Shown one piece after another: positions 47,396 through 52,276 of a stretch of DNA of 52,276 nt; the first letter of the stretch is position 1; every line of letters starts with the position of its first letter. The notes below the pieces were generated by a model. The model was not told the origin of the DNA, ran no database searches, and saw nothing but the letters and a program-made list of their open reading frames with translations. A program made the position numbers and the translations under genes. The DNA is taken from the NCBI GenBank assembly GCA_028712595.1, contig JAQTPS010000003.1:1-52276 (forward strand), read 5' to 3'. Source of the stretch: Minisyncoccota bacterium. Lineage in GTDB: Bacteria; Patescibacteriota; Minisyncoccia; Phycocordibacterales; UBA1550.

Positions 47396-49765
47396 ATGGC
47401 AAAGAAAGATACTCGGAAAACTCTCATACTGCTGGATGCCCATGCGATTCTTCACCGCGCCTATCACGCGCTTCCGGGGTTTGCTACGAGCTCTGGTGAA
47501 CCGACCGGAGCCTTGTACGGTCTATCTACGATGATTATGAAGATTGTGAAGGACCTAAAGCCCGACTATATTGCAGGATGTTTTGACCTTCCACAACCGA
47601 CATTTCGTCACGAGGCCTACGAGGCGTACAAACTTGGGCGAGCAAAAGCAGAAGACGATTTAGTTCATCAGATAAAACGCGCGCGGGATGTTTTTGAAGC
47701 ACTTAGCATTCCGCAGTACGAGCTTGTGGGTTTTGAAGCCGATGATCTACTCGCAACTATTGTTGAAAAGGTAAAAAATAAAAAAGATTTACGTGTGATT
47801 ATTGCATCCGGAGATATGGATACGCTTCAGCTTGTCGAGGACGATCGCGTACTAGTTTACACACTGAAAAAGGGAATTAACGACACAATTTTGTACGACG
47901 AAGAGGCGGTTGTCGCGCGTTTTGGATTTCCACCGAAACTTTTACCCGACTACAAAGGACTTCGCGGAGATCCGTCCGACAATATTATCGGAATTAAAGG
48001 TATTGGAGAAAAAACCGCGACTATTCTTATCACAAAATTTGGAACCATTGAAAATATTTATAAAAAATTAAAGAAAAGTCCGGAAGATTTTAAAAAAGTT
48101 GGTCTTACCGCGCGCATCATAGACCTTTTGCGCGAAGGGGAAGAGGAGGCGCTCTTTTCTAAAACACTTGCGACCGTGCGTCGCGATGCGCCGATAGAAT
48201 TTTCTCTTCCTCCGAAAGTATGGAGAGAAAACTTTGACCACGCAAAAGTAGAAAAGCTTTTTGCAGAGCTGGAATTCCGCGCGCTTCGTGATCGCCTGCA
48301 CGACCTTTTGGGAATTGACCGACCTACATCGCTTTTTGGTTCTGAAGAAAAGAAATCCGAACCGGAACCAGACCCTGCGGACTTTAAACATGCGCAAATT
48401 GCTCTTTGGATACTAAACTCCGACCTCACTACTCCTTCACTTGAAGATATTTTGCACCATACGCAAAAGACAAAATTCGAAGACGCGTTTGTTGCTCTAA
48501 AAGAAGAAGTTAAAAAGAAAGGTCTTTCTTCTGTGGTCGACGATATTGAGTTACCACTCATTCCTATTATTGAAAAAGCGCAAAATTATGGAATCTTGGT
48601 GGATACAAAGCATCTCGCAAAACTTTCGAAGGATTATCACAAAACTCTTGATGAAATTACTGCTCGCATTTACAAACTTGCCGGAGAAGAATTTAACATA
48701 AATTCTCCAAAACAATTGGGGGAAGTTCTTTTTGACAAACTTAAGCTCGCAACAAAAGGACTCAAAAAAACAGAAGGTGGAGCAAGATCAACTCGCGAAT
48801 CTGAACTTGCTAAACTTCGCGGAGTGCATCCTGTTGTTGATGAGATTTTGTCTTATCGCGAAATACAGAAACTTCTTTCGACCTACATAGACAATCTTCC
48901 GCACTTGATTGGTGACGATGGGCGTTTGCACACTACTTTGAATCAAGCTGGCACGACAACGGGCCGAATGTCGTCTTCAAACCCAAATCTTCAGAACATT
49001 CCTGCGCGAAGTGAAATGGGTTCTGCAATCAGAAGCGCTTTTATAGCTCCGAAAGGTTCAACTTTACTTGCTTTCGATTACTCACAGATTGAAATGCGTG
49101 TTCTTGCGGCTCTTTCGAAAGACCCAAACCTCATTGAAATATTTAAAACAGGAAAAGATGTGCATACTTCTGTCGCGGCGCGCGTTTTTAAAGTTTCCGA
49201 AAAAGATGTAACCCCTGAAATGCGTCGTCGAGCAAAAGTTATCAACTTTGGGATTGTTTACGGCATGGGGGTAAATGCCCTCAAAGACAATTTGGGATCG
49301 ACGCGCGCCGAAGCACAAGAATTTTATGATAGTTATTTCATAACGTTTCCAAAAATCGCAAAATATTTTGAAGATGTGAAATCTGGCGCAAAGAAAGACG
49401 GCTTCACGACCACGCATTTTGGCAGACGACGCTTTTTTGCCGGAATTAAGTCCGCAATTCCGTATATTCGAGCAAGCGCAGAAAGAATGGCGATGAATGC
49501 GCCACTTCAGGGGACAGCCGCGGACATTATCAAGATTGCTATGAAAAAAGCCGAAAATGCCCTTGCAAAAGCTAAGCTTTCTGGAGAAGCGCACCTACTT
49601 CTCCAAATTCATGACGAGCTTCTCTATGAAGTTTTGGACGGAGCCCTCTCAAAAGTGGAAGGTATTGTAAAAAAAGCAATGGAAGGCACCACAGAATTTG
49701 CAGTGCCAATTACCGTAAGTATCAAGAAAGGTCCACGCTGGGGCGAGATGGAAGTTGTGAAATAA
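47396..49765 (+). CDS. polA: DNA polymerase I
   Basis: 5'-nuclease N-terminus (LLDAHAILHRAYHA). Pol motifs DYSQIEMRVLA, RRRAKVINFGIVYGM and QIHDELLYE. The track start 47342 overlaps tsaE, so it was trimmed to ATG 47396. Confidence 0.93.
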   Translation: MAKKDTRKTLILLDAHAILHRAYHALPGFATSSGEPTGALYGLSTMIMKIVKDLKPDYIAGCFDLPQPTFRHEAYEAYKLGRAKAEDDLVHQIKRARDVFEALSIPQYELVGFEADDLLATIVEKVKNKKDLRVIIASGDMDTLQLVEDDRVLVYTLKKGINDTILYDEEAVVARFGFPPKLLPDYKGLRGDPSDNIIGIKGIGEKTATILITKFGTIENIYKKLKKSPEDFKKVGLTARIIDLLREGEEEALFSKTLATVRRDAPIEFSLPPKVWRENFDHAKVEKLFAELEFRALRDRLHDLLGIDRPTSLFGSEEKKSEPEPDPADFKHAQIALWILNSDLTTPSLEDILHHTQKTKFEDAFVALKEEVKKKGLSSVVDDIELPLIPIIEKAQNYGILVDTKHLAKLSKDYHKTLDEITARIYKLAGEEFNINSPKQLGEVLFDKLKLATKGLKKTEGGARSTRESELAKLRGVHPVVDEILSYREIQKLLSTYIDNLPHLIGDDGRLHTTLNQAGTTTGRMSSSNPNLQNIPARSEMGSAIRSAFIAPKGSTLLAFDYSQIEMRVLAALSKDPNLIEIFKTGKDVHTSVAARVFKVSEKDVTPEMRRRAKVINFGIVYGMGVNALKDNLGSTRAEAQEFYDSYFITFPKIAKYFEDVKSGAKKDGFTTTHFGRRRFFAGIKSAIPYIRASAERMAMNAPLQGTAADIIKIAMKKAENALAKAKLSGEAHLLLQIHDELLYEVLDGALSKVEGIVKKAMEGTTEFAVPITVSIKKGPRWGEMEVVK

Positions 49766-49766
49766 T

Positions 49767-50480
49767 ATGATTTATTTAATTTACGGAAACGACAGAGCTA
49801 AAGGGCTGGCTAAATTTCAATCCATTCGTGAAAAGCTTGTGAAGAATGGTACGCAGGTAGAAACTATCAAAGAGGGAAGTATCTCCGGAGCAATGCTCGA
49901 CGAAATTGGAACTGCGCGAGGACTTTTCGATAAATCCACGCTTTTTATTTTTGAAAGTATTTTAGAGAAAAAGACAGAGCAAGAATTGCTCGCATCCTAT
50001 GCGGAAGTGCTAGAAAAATCCGCAAACAGCTTTTTAGTATTCGAGCCGTCTTTCGACAAAGAGCTTGTGAAAGAAGTTTCAAAATATGTGACAGAAATTA
50101 TTGAATGTAGCGCTAAAAAATTTGATGCTCGTCCGGCATTTAACATTTTTTCTTTGGGTGACGCGCTTGGTAAACGAAATAAAAAAGAACTCTGGGTTTT
50201 GTTTCAACAGGCGGTGTCTGCTGGAGCTACACCAGAAGAAATAGCTGGTACGCTATTTTGGTCTGTAAAAAATATGGCGCTTATTAAAATGGCGGAGCCG
50301 AGAGATGACGCGGGGCTCAACCCGTTTGTAGCAAAAAAAACTCGCACATTTGCTAAAAATTATTCTGAAAAAGAAATTGCTGACCTTTCGCGCAATCTTA
50401 TGGCGCTTTACCACGAAGCGCATCGAGGAGGAGAGCCGATGAACATCGCTCTTGAAAAATTTATTTTAAGTTTGAATTAA
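49767..50480 (+). CDS. holA: DNA polymerase III delta subunit (HolA)-like, short form (237 aa)
   Basis: MIYLIYGND N-terminus. Size and position directly after polA. The assignment is moderate. Confidence 0.55.
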   Translation: MIYLIYGNDRAKGLAKFQSIREKLVKNGTQVETIKEGSISGAMLDEIGTARGLFDKSTLFIFESILEKKTEQELLASYAEVLEKSANSFLVFEPSFDKELVKEVSKYVTEIIECSAKKFDARPAFNIFSLGDALGKRNKKELWVLFQQAVSAGATPEEIAGTLFWSVKNMALIKMAEPRDDAGLNPFVAKKTRTFAKNYSEKEIADLSRNLMALYHEAHRGGEPMNIALEKFILSLN

Positions 50481-50781
50481 AAAAAGCCCACAGAGCGCGG
50501 ACTTTTTTGGGCTCAACTTCATATTGAAGGAGCAAAATGTGCTAAAAGATCTTTTGCTTTAGAATTTTTAGATTTTTACTGTTGTGGCGCAGTATATCGC
50601 GCAAAGTACTTTTTGTGTTCGGAAACAAAATTCCAGCTTGGAAGGTCAATGGGTTTGACCACACCTTAAAAATTTATGAACACTTTCTTATCTACACGCA
50701 TTATACTTCTTTTGGCTGTTGACGCCAAGGGAGAGGTGTGGATTTTTACAAAAAAGCCTTATCTGTGCTAGACTTCCAACC

Positions 50782-51609
50782 ATGTCAGTAAAAGCTAAAA
50801 AGGGGGGAAATTTCGGGGTCTTGGGGCCAGAAGGGTCGTATTCTCACGAAGCCAGCATTCAGTATGACAAAAATATACGACCAATCTTTTTTGATACCAT
50901 AGGAGGAATTATCGACGCCATTGCAAACGGAAAACTTTCTCAAGCAATTCTCCCGCTTGAAAATTCTATACACGGAACAGTTTTGGAAACTTTGGACGGA
51001 ATCTTTCACAACAAATTAAAAATTATTGAGGAATCAATTGTTGATATTCGCCACGCACTTGCTGGAGTAGAGAGAATTGTTTCTCCAAAGAATATAGATT
51101 TTATTTATTCTCACTCGCAAGCTCTCGCCCAGTCCGCAAGATATCTAAAAAAACATTACCCAAAGGCGAAACTCGTTTTGACTGAAAGCACTTCAGCGTC
51201 ATTCAAAAAAATAAAAGATGAACAGTTGAAGAATGCTCTTGCAATAGGGCCGAAGCTTGGAGCAAAAATTTATAATTTGAATATTCTTGCTGAAGATATT
51301 CAAGATGAAAAAAATAATCAAACGCGTTTCGCGATTGTTTCCAAGGTTTCAAAAACAAAGAAAATTCTTCCGTACATATTGCTTGTGATCGCCCCAACAA
51401 AAGATAGGCCAGGACTTCTATATGACATCCTTGCAGTATTCAAAGACAATAATGTGAACCTTGCGAAACTCGAATCGCGCCCAACGAGGAATAAGCTCGG
51501 CTCTTACATTTTTTATATAAAAGCGGAGATATCTGGTAAGGATAAAAAGGCAAAAGGAATCCTTAAAAAATTGAATAAGTTTGGAAAGGTGACAGTGATG
51601 ACAAACTAA
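50782..51609 (+). CDS. pheA: Prephenate dehydratase with a C-terminal ACT domain
   Basis: FGVLGPEGSYSHEA, NQTRFAIV and LESRPT motifs. The track TTG start 50719 was trimmed to ATG 50782. Confidence 0.88.
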   Translation: MSVKAKKGGNFGVLGPEGSYSHEASIQYDKNIRPIFFDTIGGIIDAIANGKLSQAILPLENSIHGTVLETLDGIFHNKLKIIEESIVDIRHALAGVERIVSPKNIDFIYSHSQALAQSARYLKKHYPKAKLVLTESTSASFKKIKDEQLKNALAIGPKLGAKIYNLNILAEDIQDEKNNQTRFAIVSKVSKTKKILPYILLVIAPTKDRPGLLYDILAVFKDNNVNLAKLESRPTRNKLGSYIFYIKAEISGKDKKAKGILKKLNKFGKVTVMTN

Positions 51610-51633
51610 AAAAAGTTCAGGTGTTTAGTAGTT

Positions 51634-51666
51634 TAAAAAATGCTTAAAATATTTAAGCATTTTTTA
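51634..51666. terminator. Bidirectional A/T-flanked terminator
   Basis: AAAAAATGCTTAAA / TTTAAGCATTTTTT. Confidence 0.6.
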
Positions 51667-51695
51667 AACCATGAAGAGATTATGAAGATTTTCAC

Positions 51696-51723
51696 TTGAC
51701 TCGATACTTCCTCTAAGTAAAAT
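51696..51723 (+). promoter_or_regulatory. Sigma70-type promoter, TTGACT-16-TAAAAT
   Basis: TTGACT 51696-51701 and TAAAAT 51718-51723. Confidence 0.5.
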
Positions 51724-51769
51724 AATTTATGCTCGTAATAAATATTATAAGTTAATTAATATTATAAAT

Positions 51770-52258
51770 ATGCGTAATTATTTTATTTTTAATTTATTCT
51801 TTATTCCATTAATTTTTGCTTTGCCAGTTTACGCAGAAATTTCAAAGCCTGATATACAAACATACAATACTGCAACCAGCTCAACGGTTATTATTAAAGC
51901 CCCATCTGGCTATAAAAGCCAAGTAGTTTCGACTTATGACGGAGATCAGTTTCATACTACAGCAACATCCACTCCTTTAACGGACGAAGATATACAACAA
52001 ATGAGAGAAAATACGCAGGCACAAATATCTGCGATGCAAAAAATGTTTGAATACCAAGAAGCGATGTTGAGAGAGCAAAGAAAAATGTTCGAAAGTATTT
52101 GGGGTGACGATTTTGATGTTGTTGTTCCAGTTGAAAAAGTCCAAAAATCAAATAGCGCACCAAAAACTCCCAAGAAAGTTCCGGCCGTAAGTACATCCAC
52201 TCCTCCTAGCATAATATCTGCCACAGCTACGCCGACACCAGAGATAACAGAGCCGACC
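51770..52258 (+). CDS. Partial CDS: secreted protein, N-terminal 163 codons; the ORF runs off the contig
   Basis: Manual translation from ATG 51770 gives MRNYFIFNLFFIPLIFALPVYAEISKPD..., with no stop before the window end. It is absent from the ORF track. The track minus-strand ORFs at 51952-52275 are its shadows. Confidence 0.6.
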
Positions 52259-52276
52259 AGATCGGAAGAGCACACG
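52259..52276. other. Illumina TruSeq adapter read-through at the contig end (assembly artefact)
   Basis: AGATCGGAAGAGCACACG matches the first 18 nt of the standard adapter AGATCGGAAGAGCACACGTCTGAAC... Confidence 0.9.

Noticed and set aside
50676-50774. A 32-aa upstream ORF (MNTFLSTRIILLLAVDAKGEVWIFTKKPYLC) as a Phe-rich attenuation leader peptide for pheA.
   Set aside because: It has only two Phe codons, they are not clustered, and no alternative terminator/antiterminator hairpins follow. It is likely fortuitous.
1-52276. An alternative genetic code (UGA recoding, as in some candidate phyla).
   Set aside because: All conserved genes give full-length, motif-complete products under the standard bacterial code, and TGA is used as a terminal stop. 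No in-frame TGA interruptions are needed.

Overview
This 52.3-kb segment looks like the chromosome of a small-genome, CPR/Patescibacteria-like bacterium. That placement is an inference from gene content; no searches were run. The window spans the replication origin: rpmH-rnpA-yidD-yidC on the minus strand and dnaA-dnaN on the plus strand, with DnaA boxes in both flanking intergenic regions. Recognisable housekeeping genes are a DksA/TraR zinc-finger protein, ComM/YifB, a LysM-M23 peptidase, PcrA/UvrD, RsmA, PBP1A, TyrRS, RuvC, a short YebC, RuvB, a PilB/GspE ATPase, an L,D-transpeptidase, TsaE, PolA, a short HolA and PheA. A plus-strand block of eight genes (14.2-24.2 kb) encodes a type-IV-secretion-like apparatus: a VirB6/TrbL-like polytopic protein, PrgI/VirB3-like protein, VirB4 ATPase, and a VirB2-like pilin fused to an M23 peptidase. 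No relaxase or coupling protein is present in the window. The least ordinary content is non-coding and small-gene architecture. (1) Two islands (0.3-4.0 kb and 39.5-46.9 kb) hold mostly monocistronic small-protein genes, most with a near-consensus TTGACT/TGnTAnnnT promoter and most followed by a stem-loop. (2) A conserved long hairpin with compensatory base changes occurs five times in the 5' leaders of unrelated small genes. (3) A UUUCCCC-type pyrimidine box sits where a Shine-Dalgarno would be, upstream of at least 13 ORFs, while many housekeeping genes appear leaderless. (4) About 200-nt elements bounded by inverted repeats and carrying GGTGG/CCACC boxes abut promoters. (5) Other features are a 27-nt hairpin repeat flanking one cassette, a cloverleaf-like structure upstream of virB4, a 46-bp perfect palindrome, and a candidate ~170-nt structured RNA between ruvB and pilB. 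The last 18 nt of the window are Illumina adapter sequence. All protein calls rest on motifs read by eye from the translations.
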